NCBI RefSeq assembly: GCF_028368995.1
Contig: NZ_JAQNDL010000001.1
Coordinates: 1,056,001-1,120,000 of the forward strand
Origin: Nannocystis bainbridge
Lineage (GTDB): Bacteria; Myxococcota_A; Polyangia; Nannocystales; Nannocystaceae
DNA length: 64,000 nucleotides
Direction: 5' to 3'
Positions 12,201 to 21,255 of this stretch are shown here, piece by piece. The position numbers and the translations under genes were made by a program. The notes below the pieces were generated by a model. The model made no database searches. It had not been told where the DNA came from and saw only the letters and a program-made list of their open reading frames with translations. Within the stretch, counting starts at the first letter, position 1, and every line of letters starts with the position of its first letter.

Positions 12201-12454
12201 CATGTCTCTCGGGGCATGTTCTCGGGGGCATGGCACGACAGGCATGTCTCCGAGTACATGTTATCGCGAGGCATGCTCCCGCGGCATGATCTCGGGGGCA
12301 TGTCCCGACAGGCATGTCTCCGAGGACATGTTCTCGCGAGGCATGCTCCCGGGCATGCTCTCGGGGGCATGTCCCGACAGGCATGTCTCCGAGGGCATGT
12401 TCTCGCGGAGCATGATCTCGGGGGCCTGCCCTGGGCAGGATGTCCCCGCGGACC
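12201..12454. repeat. Longest 14-bp unit array (about 18 units) with a ~70-bp higher-order duplication
   Basis: 16 CATG junctions from 12201 to 12411, mostly 14 bp apart (range 12-15); 12241-12310 is nearly identical to 12311-12379. Confidence 0.93.
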
Positions 12455-12487
12455 TCTCGAGCAGCCTGCGCGCGCCTGCGCGGCGGC

Positions 12488-13615
12488 CTACCCGAGCTCG
12501 GCCAGGCCGCCGGTCAGGCCCAGCGCCTTGAACAGCTCGGCCAGCTTCTTGGCGGGGATCCGCTTGCTCGCCGCGGCCTCGACGCGCGGCATGGCGAACG
12601 CGAACGCGTCGAGGTCGGCGAAGCCGCGCTCCGCGTCGAACGAGTCGCTCTCGTGCTCGTAGCCGAGCACGCGGCCGGTGGTGGTGTCGAGCAGGTGCAT
12701 GTTGCCGGAGCCGTCGGCGGACAGGCCGACGTAGCGCTCGTCGGCCGCGCCCGCCAGCCCCTGCTTCACGCAGTCGAAGCCGTACGTGCCCGACACGTCG
12801 AAGCGCTGCCCGAGCCACGGGAACCGGCCGCTGCGGACCAGCGCGTCGAAGGCCCGGGCGGCCGCGCGATGCCCCTCCGGCAGGCGGTCGATCCACTGCG
12901 CCAGCGGACGGGAGTCGGCGGCCAGCTCGGTGACGCGACGGCCGTTCGGGAAGAACGCCGCCAGGTCGCGCTCGAACTCGCCGCGCGCCACGTAGCCCGG
13001 CAGGCTCGCTGGCGTCGCCTCCTGGCCCCACGCCTTGATCGGCTTCGGTTGCACGATCTCCTGCCCGTCGCGGTCGAAGAACGCGGTGCTCTTGCGCTTG
13101 CCGTCGACGAACTCGGACACCCCGCGGTGCGGATGCGGCTTCGGCAGCTTGACGTCGTGTGCGCCGATCACCGTGTCACCGAAGCGGAGGATCTCGCCCT
13201 CGGTGATCTTCAGCCAGTCGAAGCGGCCGTGCAGCCGACCGCCGCGCCACGACGCGACCAGGGCGACCGCGCCGAACGGATAGCCGTGAAAGGTCGCGCG
13301 GACGATCGCGCCGTCCTCGTACACCGCCTCGATGCGGGTGGTCAGCGACGGGCCGATCGGGAGCCCGTACTGCTGCTGCAGCGCGATCGCGGCCCGCCGC
13401 GGCTCCTCGCCGTAGTTGAACTCGGGGTGGTTGGTGACCCACTCGACCGCGCCGTGGAGCTTGCCGGCGCGCAGGTTGGCGTCGAGCAGCGGCTGGCCGT
13501 CGCGATACCAGCGGCGGACCACGGTCTCGCTGTCCTCGCGCCACTGCGCGGACTCGGGATCGTAGGTGGCGGAGGCCGGGACGTGCTCGGGACGGGGCGG
13601 GCTGGCGGCGGTCAT
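12488..13615 (-). CDS. Hypothetical protein with MORN/YwqK-like N-terminus and possible SMI1/KNR4-like C-terminus
   Basis: WYRDGQ..GKLHG and GRLHG repeats; ADGSGNMHLLD..GRVLGYEHE..FADLDAF resembles the SUKH core. Confidence 0.6.
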   Translation of the reverse strand: MTAASPPRPEHVPASATYDPESAQWREDSETVVRRWYRDGQPLLDANLRAGKLHGAVEWVTNHPEFNYGEEPRRAAIALQQQYGLPIGPSLTTRIEAVYEDGAIVRATFHGYPFGAVALVASWRGGRLHGRFDWLKITEGEILRFGDTVIGAHDVKLPKPHPHRGVSEFVDGKRKSTAFFDRDGQEIVQPKPIKAWGQEATPASLPGYVARGEFERDLAAFFPNGRRVTELAADSRPLAQWIDRLPEGHRAAARAFDALVRSGRFPWLGQRFDVSGTYGFDCVKQGLAGAADERYVGLSADGSGNMHLLDTTTGRVLGYEHESDSFDAERGFADLDAFAFAMPRVEAAASKRIPAKKLAELFKALGLTGGLAELG

Positions 13616-13719
13616 CGGCGCGACTTGGTACCACAATTCGCGGGCCGGACGCGCGCGCGCTCGCGCCCGCCATCGCCGGCCTGTCGCCCCGTGGAACCCC
13701 TGAACACATCGCGCGAAAA

Positions 13720-13863
13720 TGTCTCTTAAGACATGTCCAATGGGCCATGTCATCGCGCGTCAGGGCGGCGACGTCGGCGCGCACGGACGAACATGTCCCC
13801 GGGGACATATTTTAAACAGCATGTCCGCGAGAACATGCCCGATCGCGCATGTCCGGGCGGACA
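13720..13863. repeat. Two sub-arrays of the 14-bp unit (13720-13747 and 13794-13863)
   Basis: Includes TGTCTCTTAAGACA, the perfect palindrome TGTCCCCGGGGACA, and TGTCCGGGCGGACA. Confidence 0.9.
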
Positions 13864-13870
13864 CCCGCGC

Positions 13871-14356
13871 TCACGCCCGCCGCGCGGCCGGCTTCTTCGC
13901 GCTCTTCTTCTTCTTGTGCGAGCACGGCCCGCCGCGCTTCTCCAGCCGCGCCAGCTCCCCCGCCAGGGTGCGCTCGGCCAGCACCGCCAGGCTCGCCTGC
14001 TCGAGCTCGTGCGACAGCTCGCTGAACATCAGCTCCATGTTGGCCGTGACGACGCAGCGGCGCGGGATGTCGGAGCGGCCGGCGAACAGGCCGCGCTCGC
14101 CGAGCACCGCCAGATAGACCTCGCGCAGCGTGATCGCCCCGGCCGGCCGGGCCAGGCGCGAGCCGCCCTTGACCCCCATCGTCGTGACGATCAGGCCCGC
14201 CGCCGCCAGCGTCGCCAGCAGCTTGCGGATCAGCGACGGGTTGGTCGCCAGCCCCTCGGCCAGCGCCGAGGACGAGAGCAAGCCCGCGTCCTCGCGCTCG
14301 GCGAGCGCCAGCATGAGCATCAGCTGCAGCGCCGAGGCGAACCGAACGTCCACCAT
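13871..14356 (-). CDS. Rrf2 family transcriptional regulator
   Basis: RFASALQLM, SSALAEGLATNPSLIRKLL and GVKGGSRLARPAGAITLREVY. Confidence 0.92.
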   Translation of the reverse strand: MVDVRFASALQLMLMLALAEREDAGLLSSSALAEGLATNPSLIRKLLATLAAAGLIVTTMGVKGGSRLARPAGAITLREVYLAVLGERGLFAGRSDIPRRCVVTANMELMFSELSHELEQASLAVLAERTLAGELARLEKRGGPCSHKKKKSAKKPAARRA

Positions 14357-14380
14357 GCGCGAGGTGTAGCACGCGGGCCC

Positions 14381-15436
14381 TCAGCCCGGTAGCCGCGGAT
14401 AGTCGGTGAGGCCGGCCGCGCCCGGCGAGTAGAAAGTGGCCCGCTGGGGCTCGTTGAGCGCCGCACGCGCGGCGAAGCGGGCCGGCAGATCGGGGTTGGC
14501 GATGAACAGCCGCCCGAACACCGCGCCGTCGATCTGCCGCTCCGCCACCAGCACCTCGGCCTCGCCCTGCGAGAGATCGCCGGCGCCCAGCAGCGTGCCG
14601 CGGTAGTGCGGGCGCAGCTGGGCGAACGACAGCCCCGGGCCGCTGCCGCGCTCGCGGTCGTCGGCGGTCGTGCGCGTCACGTGCACGTACGCCAGCTCGC
14701 GCCGCGAGAGCGCCTGCAAGATCGCCGGGAATTCGGCCTGCCCGGCCGGATCGGGCTTGCCGTCGACCATCGCGCTCGGCGACAGCTTGAGCCCGAGCCG
14801 CCCCGCGCCCACGACCGCCTGCAGGCGATCGAGCAGCTCGTTCAGCAGCCGCAGCCTGCCCGTCAGCGAGCCGCCGTAGGCGTCGGTGCGGGCGTTGGTG
14901 GCCGCCCTCAAGAAGCGATCGAACAAATTGCCGCTGCTCGCGTGCATCTCGATCATGTCGAAGCCGAGGTCGTGCACGACCCGCGCGGCCCGCTCGAAGC
15001 CCGCGACCGCGCCGGCGATGTCGTCATCCGAGAGCATCGCCGGCCGGACTTCGTCGGTGACCGCCCACCACGGCGGCGCTCCCGGCCGCTCGGCGCGCGC
15101 GAGCCCGACGTCGAACAACTGCGCGGCGATCCGGCCGCCGGCCGCGTGCACCTGCCGGACCACGCGGCCCCACCCCGCCTGCTGCTCGGGCGTGTAGATC
15201 GCCGCCAGGTCGGGGAAGCCGGCCCCGAACGGCCGCACCGCCAGCGCCTCGCTGATGATGAGCCCGGCCCCGGCCCGCTGCGCGTAGTACTCGGCCATCA
15301 GCTCGGTCGGCGCCAGCCCGACGTCGGAGCGCAGCCGGGTCATCGGCGCCATGATCACCCGGTTCGGCAGCTCGAGCGCGCCGAGCCGCAGCCGTTCCAA
15401 CAGGAGAGAACCAGTTTGTCCAGCCATCTGTGACAT
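14381..15436 (-). CDS. Alkene reductase (old yellow enzyme family)
   Basis: NRVIMAPMTR, YYAQRAGAG, GFDMIEMH, RTDAYGGS and FGRLFIANPDLP. Confidence 0.92.
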   Translation of the reverse strand: MSQMAGQTGSLLLERLRLGALELPNRVIMAPMTRLRSDVGLAPTELMAEYYAQRAGAGLIISEALAVRPFGAGFPDLAAIYTPEQQAGWGRVVRQVHAAGGRIAAQLFDVGLARAERPGAPPWWAVTDEVRPAMLSDDDIAGAVAGFERAARVVHDLGFDMIEMHASSGNLFDRFLRAATNARTDAYGGSLTGRLRLLNELLDRLQAVVGAGRLGLKLSPSAMVDGKPDPAGQAEFPAILQALSRRELAYVHVTRTTADDRERGSGPGLSFAQLRPHYRGTLLGAGDLSQGEAEVLVAERQIDGAVFGRLFIANPDLPARFAARAALNEPQRATFYSPGAAGLTDYPRLPG

Positions 15437-15456
15437 TGACTAGCTCACTTCATTTT

Positions 15457-15553
15457 TAACTGCAAGCATGACAAGAACACATCGGGCCGCGCGCGCCCGC
15501 TCGCTTGATTTTCGTGGCGCCGCCCGGAAATAGTTCTATAAGAGATACAGTTA
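15457..15553. promoter_or_regulatory. AT-rich divergent promoter region with two inverted related sites, possible Rrf2 operators
   Basis: TAACTG-N11-AGAAC at 15457-15478 (+) and TAACTG-N10-AGAAC at 15553-15533 (-). Confidence 0.4.
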
Positions 15554-15588
15554 CCCGCCCGCCCTCGCGGGCGACCTCAGGAGCAGGC

Positions 15589-16317
15589 ATGGACATCGGC
15601 ATCATCGGTTCAGGACACATCGGCGGCAGCCTCACCCGGCGGCTCACCGCGCTCGGGCACCAGGTCCGCGTCGCCAACTCGCGCGGCCCCGCCAGCCTCG
15701 CCGCGCTCGCGGCCGAGACCGGCGCGACCGCGGCCACCGTCGAGGAGGCCGCCCGCGCGCGCGACCTCGTCGTCGTCACCATCCCGCAAAAGGCGATCCC
15801 GAGGCTGCCGCGCGACCTGTTCGCCGCGACACCCGCCGGCGCCGTCATCGTCGACACCGGCAACTACTACCCCGAGCTGCGCGACGGCCCGATCGCCGAG
15901 CTCGAGGCCGGCCTGAACGACAGCGAGTGGGTCGCGCGTCAGCTCGGTCGCCCGGTGATCAAGGCCTTCAACAACGTCGTGGCCCGCACCCTGTTCCGCG
16001 GCGGCCTGCCGGCGGGCGCGCCCGGGCGGATCGCCCTGTCGGCCGCCGGCGACGACGAGCAGGCCAAGCGGCGGGTCCTGCAGCTGATCGACGAGCTCGG
16101 CTTCGACGGCGTCGACGGCGGCACCCTGGCCGACTCGTGGCGGCAGCAGGTCGGCAGCCCGGCCTACTGCAAGGACCTCGAGGCCGGCGCGCTGCGGGCC
16201 GCGCTCGCGGCCGCCGAGCGCGACAAGGTCGCCGACTACCGCCGCGAGGGCGAGGCCTTCGTGATCAAGCTGATCGCCGAGAGCGGCGGCAACCTCGACG
16301 CTCTGGCCGCGCCGTAG
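15589..16317 (+). CDS. NADPH-dependent F420-reductase-like oxidoreductase
   Basis: IGIIGSGHIG, ANSRGP, VDTGNYYP, IKAFNN and DSWRQQ; AGGAG before the ATG. Confidence 0.9.
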   Translation: MDIGIIGSGHIGGSLTRRLTALGHQVRVANSRGPASLAALAAETGATAATVEEAARARDLVVVTIPQKAIPRLPRDLFAATPAGAVIVDTGNYYPELRDGPIAELEAGLNDSEWVARQLGRPVIKAFNNVVARTLFRGGLPAGAPGRIALSAAGDDEQAKRRVLQLIDELGFDGVDGGTLADSWRQQVGSPAYCKDLEAGALRAALAAAERDKVADYRREGEAFVIKLIAESGGNLDALAAP

Positions 16318-16318
16318 A

Positions 16319-17062
16319 TCACAGCCGCGACGAGGTCAGCTGGCGCTCGATCTCGTCGCCGGTCTTGGCGCCGGCGGGGAACACCCGCGACACCAGATAG
16401 ACGATGTCCTGCACGACCCGCCAGGTCGCCTCCTCGACCCGCGTGGTCGTCTCGAGCAGCGTCACCGGCTCGGCGGTGCGCGACGGCATCAGCCGCAAGG
16501 TGATGCCGTCGGGCGCCGCGTCGGCGCGCAGCAGCGGGAACGCGGCCGTGCTCCACACGTACGACTCGAGGCCGCGGGCCAGGCCGGAGCGGCCGGTGCT
16601 ATCGTCGCGCCAGAACACCGTCGCGCCCTTCGGACCGGCGAGCAACACCCCGCGGACGTCGAACGGCAGGGCCTCGCGGTGGCGCAGGTCGGCGGCCTGG
16701 GCCGGGACCTGCAGCGGGCCGGGGTCGACGGTGATGACGCGCAGGTCGTCGAGGTGCAGCTCGGTCAGCGGCGCCGGGCTCAGCGAGCAGCGGAGGTTGA
16801 TGTCCTCGGCCAGCAAGAACACGTCGCCGTCCTCGATGCGGTAGTTGGTGACCTTGCAGCCGCGCAGCTCGAGCCCGGTGGTCGAGTTCTGGTCGACCAT
16901 GTAAAAATTGTCGCCGCGCCGCACGATCTTGCAGTGCTTGCGCGAGACGGCCCCGCTGCGGATCGGGAGGTCGTTGTCGCGGGTGCGGCCGATCGAGAAC
17001 TCGTCGGTGCCGACGCCGATCCGCCGTCCGGCGCACGTCAGCACGAGCGGGATATTCGCCAT
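16319..17062 (-). CDS. FHA domain protein
   Basis: IGR...VSRKH...DQNSTTG FHA signature at the N-terminus. Confidence 0.85.
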   Translation of the reverse strand: MANIPLVLTCAGRRIGVGTDEFSIGRTRDNDLPIRSGAVSRKHCKIVRRGDNFYMVDQNSTTGLELRGCKVTNYRIEDGDVFLLAEDINLRCSLSPAPLTELHLDDLRVITVDPGPLQVPAQAADLRHREALPFDVRGVLLAGPKGATVFWRDDSTGRSGLARGLESYVWSTAAFPLLRADAAPDGITLRLMPSRTAEPVTLLETTTRVEEATWRVVQDIVYLVSRVFPAGAKTGDEIERQLTSSRL

Positions 17063-17380
17063 TGCCCGGGATGCTAAGCCAACCCGGGCCCTCGCGGGGC
17101 GCGCGGCGCTCGTGAACTAGCGCGTGGTCCCGCCCGGATCATGCGCGGCCACGAGCCATGAGTCCGCATCCTCGGGCGTGCGGCGGAGCGCGCAGTCACG
17201 CGCTGTCAAATTCGCCTCGTGGAAGTCAAAGGCCCGCTCGCGACCGGCGCCAACTGCACAGTTATTCAGCCCGCGCGAGCCCGTAGGCGGGCTCCTAGGC
17301 CCCTGAATTCCCCGAATTGTTGCCCCCGCGGCGCCCGATCTGATAGCGCCGCCCAGGTGCCCAGCAGCAAGAACCGCCGG

Positions 17381-18895
17381 ATGGCCACGGGCCGGCGCAA
17401 GACCACTCGCCGGACCGAGGGTCTGCGCGCGTGGCTCGGCCTGCAGACCTCCAGCCGGCCGGCGACGCGGATGACCCGCAACCGCCGGATGACCGAGGAG
17501 CAGCGGCAAAAGGCCGCGCGGGCCTACGTCGACCCGGTCGAGCGGAAGACCCGCAACCGGACCGTCGCGCTGCTGATGCTGCTGGCGGTGGTCAACCTCT
17601 ACGTGTTCGTGTGGCGTGAAGGCACCAGCGTGCTCGAGCTCGGGGCCCCGCGGGCCGCCGCGATCGTCGAGCACGACGACCGCGGCCACGGCCCGCTCGG
17701 CGCCTTCGCCGAGCCGCCCGAGACCGCCTGCGGCAGCGACCCGGTGCGCATCTTCGAGGGCCTGCACGACCAGATCCACCAGGCCACCACGCTCGACAAG
17801 GGCCGGACCCTGCGCCTCGCGCTGCTCGAGCTCGGCGTCGCCGCGGCCGAGATCGACGCGCTCGAGGCGGCCCTACGCCCCACCATCGACCTCGGCCTGG
17901 TCGCCGGGACAGGTGCCCCGCTGCGCTTCGCCACCGACCGCCACGGCGCGATCCTCGCGGTGGAGATCGAGCAAGCCGAGGGCCGCCTGCTGCAGGCCTG
18001 TCGCGCCGGCGGCCAGAGCGGCATCACGGTCCGGGCGATCCAGCACCCGCCCGTCAGCGACGTGGTCGCGGTCCACCTCGAGCTCGGGGCCGACGCCGAT
18101 CTGCGCGCCGCCGTGGTCGGGGCCGGCGAGCGGCCGGAGCTCGCCGACCGGATCGCCGCGGCGCTGGCGTTCGAGGTCGACCTGGTCGCCGACGCCCGCC
18201 CGCGCGACCGCATCGACCTCGTCATCGAGCGCCGCTTCCTCGGCAAGCAGTTCCACCGCTACGGCAGCCTGCTGGCGGTGCGCTTCCGCGGCGAGGCCGG
18301 CCGCTTCCTCTCGTTCCGCTTCCAGACCGGCGGCGGTCAGGCGGCCTACTTCGACGCCGAGGGCAAGCCGGTGCGCCGCACCCTGCTGCGCTCGCCGCTG
18401 GCCTTCCACGCGCTGCACTCCGGCGCGCGGGCGATGATGCCGCCGTCCGTCGAGGTCGTGGCCGGCCGCGCCGGCGCGCTCTACCGCCGCCCCGAGGGCG
18501 CGCCCGTGGTCGCGCTCGGCGACGGCGTGGTCCGCTCGCTCGGCGAGCAAGGCGACGCCGGCCTGGTGCTCGAGCTCGCCTACGAGGACGGCACCGTGGC
18601 CCGCTACGCCCACCTCTCGCGCACGCTCGGCGATCTGCGCCCGGGCCAGCCGGTCCGCCAGGCCCAGCTCGTCGGCCTCGCCGGCCACTCCGGCAAGACC
18701 GCGACCGACCGCGTCCGCCTCGAGCTGTGGCGCGAGGACAACGGCGAGGCCAGCGTGCTCGACCCGCTGCTGCTGGCCGCCGGCGGCGACCGCCGCCCCG
18801 CCGTGGTCGGCGCCCCGCTCAAGGGCACCTCGCTCGAGCGCTTCAAGCTCGAGATCGCCCCGTGGCAGAAGGCCCTGCGCGAGACGGCGAACTGA
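17381..18895 (+). CDS. Membrane-anchored M23/LytM-fold protein, probably catalytically inactive
   Basis: N-terminal TM helix; YFDAEGKPVRRTLLRSPL, YAHLS and VGLAGHSG context, but no HxxxD or HxH Zn motifs. Start uncertain. Confidence 0.8.
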   Translation: MATGRRKTTRRTEGLRAWLGLQTSSRPATRMTRNRRMTEEQRQKAARAYVDPVERKTRNRTVALLMLLAVVNLYVFVWREGTSVLELGAPRAAAIVEHDDRGHGPLGAFAEPPETACGSDPVRIFEGLHDQIHQATTLDKGRTLRLALLELGVAAAEIDALEAALRPTIDLGLVAGTGAPLRFATDRHGAILAVEIEQAEGRLLQACRAGGQSGITVRAIQHPPVSDVVAVHLELGADADLRAAVVGAGERPELADRIAAALAFEVDLVADARPRDRIDLVIERRFLGKQFHRYGSLLAVRFRGEAGRFLSFRFQTGGGQAAYFDAEGKPVRRTLLRSPLAFHALHSGARAMMPPSVEVVAGRAGALYRRPEGAPVVALGDGVVRSLGEQGDAGLVLELAYEDGTVARYAHLSRTLGDLRPGQPVRQAQLVGLAGHSGKTATDRVRLELWREDNGEASVLDPLLLAAGGDRRPAVVGAPLKGTSLERFKLEIAPWQKALRETAN

Positions 18896-18899
18896 AGCA

Positions 18900-18982
18900 T
18901 GGCCGCGAGGACATGCCCCGAAGGGCATGTCCCCGAGCCCATGGCCCGAAGGACATGTCCACACGGACATGTCCTCTCGTCA
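18900..18982. repeat. 14-bp unit array (6 units) filling the whole convergent gap
   Basis: CATG at 18898, 18912, 18926, 18940, 18954 and 18968. Confidence 0.92.
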
Positions 18983-19708
18983 CATCATCGCCACGTCGAG
19001 CAGCAGGCCCTTGAGCGCCGCGTACTCGCCCATCATCGACAGGTCGTGCTCGGTCAGGTTGAACACGCCGACCGGCGCGCCGTCGCGGTCGAGGATGATG
19101 ACATCGCGATAGACCACCTCCCACTGGGTCCACGCGTCGACCTCGGCCACGTCTTGCAGCAGCGGGATCTTCCGTCCCCCGGCCATTTGCGGGATCGCCG
19201 ACTCGTAGCCGATCCCGTTCACTCCCAGCAGCGCGATCCCCAGGGCCGGGAACTCGCCGTCGAGCTCGATCTGCAGGTCATTCAGGTAGCCGAACTGGCT
19301 ACGGCAATAGCCTCAAGTCGCGTGCGCGAAGTACCAGCCGGACACCTGGCCCGCGTAGTCGCTGCGGGCCCGCGTCTGCTCGTAGGTCGCCGACTCGGGG
19401 TTCACGTCGACCAGCGCCCAGTTCGGCGCCAGCTCGCCGGGCTCGCCGGTGGTGTCGGTGTCGGTGTCGCCGGTCGAGGTCGTCGGCTCGCCGGTCGTCG
19501 GCTCGTCGCCGGTGCTGGTCGTCGGGACAGGTCCCGAAGTACCTGGCCCCGAGGTCATGGTGGAGCCGCCCGTGGTCGGCCCGGTCTCGGTCTCGGCGCC
19601 GGTGCTGGTCGGCCCGCCGGTGCTCCCGGTGGCCGTCGTGTCCGAGCCGCCGTCGGGGCAGCCGGCGAGCGCCAGCGCGCACACGTAGAAAGATCGTCGT
19701 GGGTTCAC
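18980..19708 (-). CDS. Thioredoxin-fold (redoxin/AhpC-TSA-like) lipoprotein with in-frame UGA, predicted selenoprotein (UxxC)
   Basis: ORFs 19313-19708 and 18980-19222 are in the same frame; read-through gives WYFAHAT-U-GYC-RSQF; hairpin 10 nt after the UGA; LALAGC lipobox. Confidence 0.85.
19286..19302 (-). promoter_or_regulatory. Candidate bacterial SECIS hairpin
   Basis: mRNA reads UGA-GGCUAUUGCC-GUAGCC-AGUUC-GGCUAC: 6-bp stem with G in the apical loop. Confidence 0.7.
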
Positions 19709-19730
19709 CCCACCAGGCTACCACCGTTCC

Positions 19731-20507
19731 TCAGGCGCGCGGCTCGGTCTTCCCGTGCTGGCGCAGCGGCTCGCCCGCCATCACCCGCTCGTACGCGGGC
19801 ACCCAGTCGGGCCACTCGGTCCCGGCCAGCCGGTCCATGAAGGTCGAGCCGAACCCGAAGTGCCCCGTGAAGCGCGCGTGGTGCAGCGCGTGGAACGTGT
19901 ACGGGTGCGCCAGCCACACCGCAGGGCTGCGCGTCAGCGCCGGCGGCCCGAGCTCGACGTTGGCGTGGCCGATGACGTTGCCGAACACGTTGTAGAACAG
20001 GTACACGAGGTAGCCGATCAGGCTGACCGGTGCGACATGTCCCAAGAGCCATGGAACGCCGACGTAGCCGAGCGCCCACCCCAGCGCCTCGACCGTCGAC
20101 ACCGACTGGGCGCTCCACGGGCTCGTCACCCGCGACAGATGGTGGTGCCGGTGAAACCGCATCATCGCCCGGGTGTGCAGCAGCCGGTGCAAGCCGTAGA
20201 AGTAGACGTCGAATACGACGCTGCACAAAAAGAAGCTGGCGACCGCCCAGCCGATCGTGTCGGGCCCCCAGACGATCCACCGCCCCTGCAGCGCCAGCGC
20301 CAGCGCCAGCGGGATCAACAAGCAGAAGCGGATGTTGGCCCGGATCTCCCGCTCGACCTGGCCGTCCGGCACGGGGTCGCCCTGGATCCGCTTGCTGCTC
20401 GGCGCCCGCTCGGCCGCGCGACCGAGCGCCACCGTCACCAGCGTGACGGCGGCGTGGGCGAACACCAACACCACGAACCAGTCGAGGAAGGTCCCGAGGT
20501 CGAACAC
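19731..20507 (-). CDS. Sterol desaturase / fatty acid hydroxylase family protein
   Basis: His boxes HRLLH, HRHHH and HALHH; GHFGFGSTFMDRLAGT; several TM segments. GTG start inferred. Confidence 0.88.
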   Translation of the reverse strand: MFDLGTFLDWFVVLVFAHAAVTLVTVALGRAAERAPSSKRIQGDPVPDGQVEREIRANIRFCLLIPLALALALQGRWIVWGPDTIGWAVASFFLCSVVFDVYFYGLHRLLHTRAMMRFHRHHHLSRVTSPWSAQSVSTVEALGWALGYVGVPWLLGHVAPVSLIGYLVYLFYNVFGNVIGHANVELGPPALTRSPAVWLAHPYTFHALHHARFTGHFGFGSTFMDRLAGTEWPDWVPAYERVMAGEPLRQHGKTEPRA

Positions 20508-20615
20508 CCGCGCATTGTGACACCTCCGGCCGCCCCGCGCCGCGCGAGCCGCGTGACCTGACCTGCGCGCGGACCTGCGCGGCGGCGGCCGGCCTGGGGC
20601 CATCGCCCGCGAATG

Positions 20616-21239
20616 TCAGTATCCGTCGGGGATCTTGCCGTTCAAGAAATGGATCGTGTTCGGCTCGCGCCGCCGCGACCACAGCGCCTCGACCGGAGTG
20701 TCGGCTGTCCCTCGGGACAGGCCCTCCTGCGTCGACCAGCCCGGCACCTCGCCGGCGCGCAGGCTGTGCAGCCCGCTCTGCCACACGCCGATGATGTACG
20801 TGTGCCCGGCCGCGCGCCCGCCGAAGAAATCGGTGAAGCGGCGCGCGAACTCCTGCCCGCGCGCCGCCCCGAACGCCTCGCAGGTGCGAAACCACCACAG
20901 GTGATCGGGCACCATGCGCTCGCGGATCGCCGCGAGCTTGACGTGCAGCGGGTGCGTCGGCAGCAGCGCGTCGGCGGTCAACCCCTTGCGATCGACGAAC
21001 AGCTCGCCCCAGTGGCCGTGCCCCCAGTACTGGATCTCGGCGATCTCGCGCCCGGGGTGGGTCGTGGCCAACCACTCGAGCCCGTCCTCCCAGCAGGTCA
21101 CCCCGTGCGCCGCGTCGAACCGCGACAGCCCGCGGTACAGGTGCGCGCCGGCCCCCCACGCGTGCGACAGGCCCGGCCGCAGGCGCTTGCCGGTGCAGGT
21201 GCGGTCGAACAGCATCAGGCGCAGCGGAGCGGAGCGCAT
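20616..21239 (-). CDS. Hypothetical protein with GHG...RTC (DUF4347 / clan CD-like) motif pair
   Basis: EIQYWGHG and WWFRTC, each following a hydrophobic strand. Confidence 0.65.
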   Translation of the reverse strand: MRSAPLRLMLFDRTCTGKRLRPGLSHAWGAGAHLYRGLSRFDAAHGVTCWEDGLEWLATTHPGREIAEIQYWGHGHWGELFVDRKGLTADALLPTHPLHVKLAAIRERMVPDHLWWFRTCEAFGAARGQEFARRFTDFFGGRAAGHTYIIGVWQSGLHSLRAGEVPGWSTQEGLSRGTADTPVEALWSRRREPNTIHFLNGKIPDGY

Positions 21240-21255
21240 CGCCGCCAGTGTAGCC

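Noticed and set aside
12201-12454. CRISPR interpretation of the CATG arrays
   Set aside because: Period is 14 bp, there is no long constant repeat with unique spacers, and no cas genes are present.
17261-17310. Hairpin GAGCCCG-TAGG-CGGGCTC within ATTCAG/CTGAAT
   Set aside because: Single copy; no recognisable riboswitch or U-tract.
18895-18975. Junction decamers resemble the p53 half-site RRRCATGYYY
   Set aside because: They arise automatically from abutting GGACA|TGTCC ends; isolated units lack it, so no link is implied.
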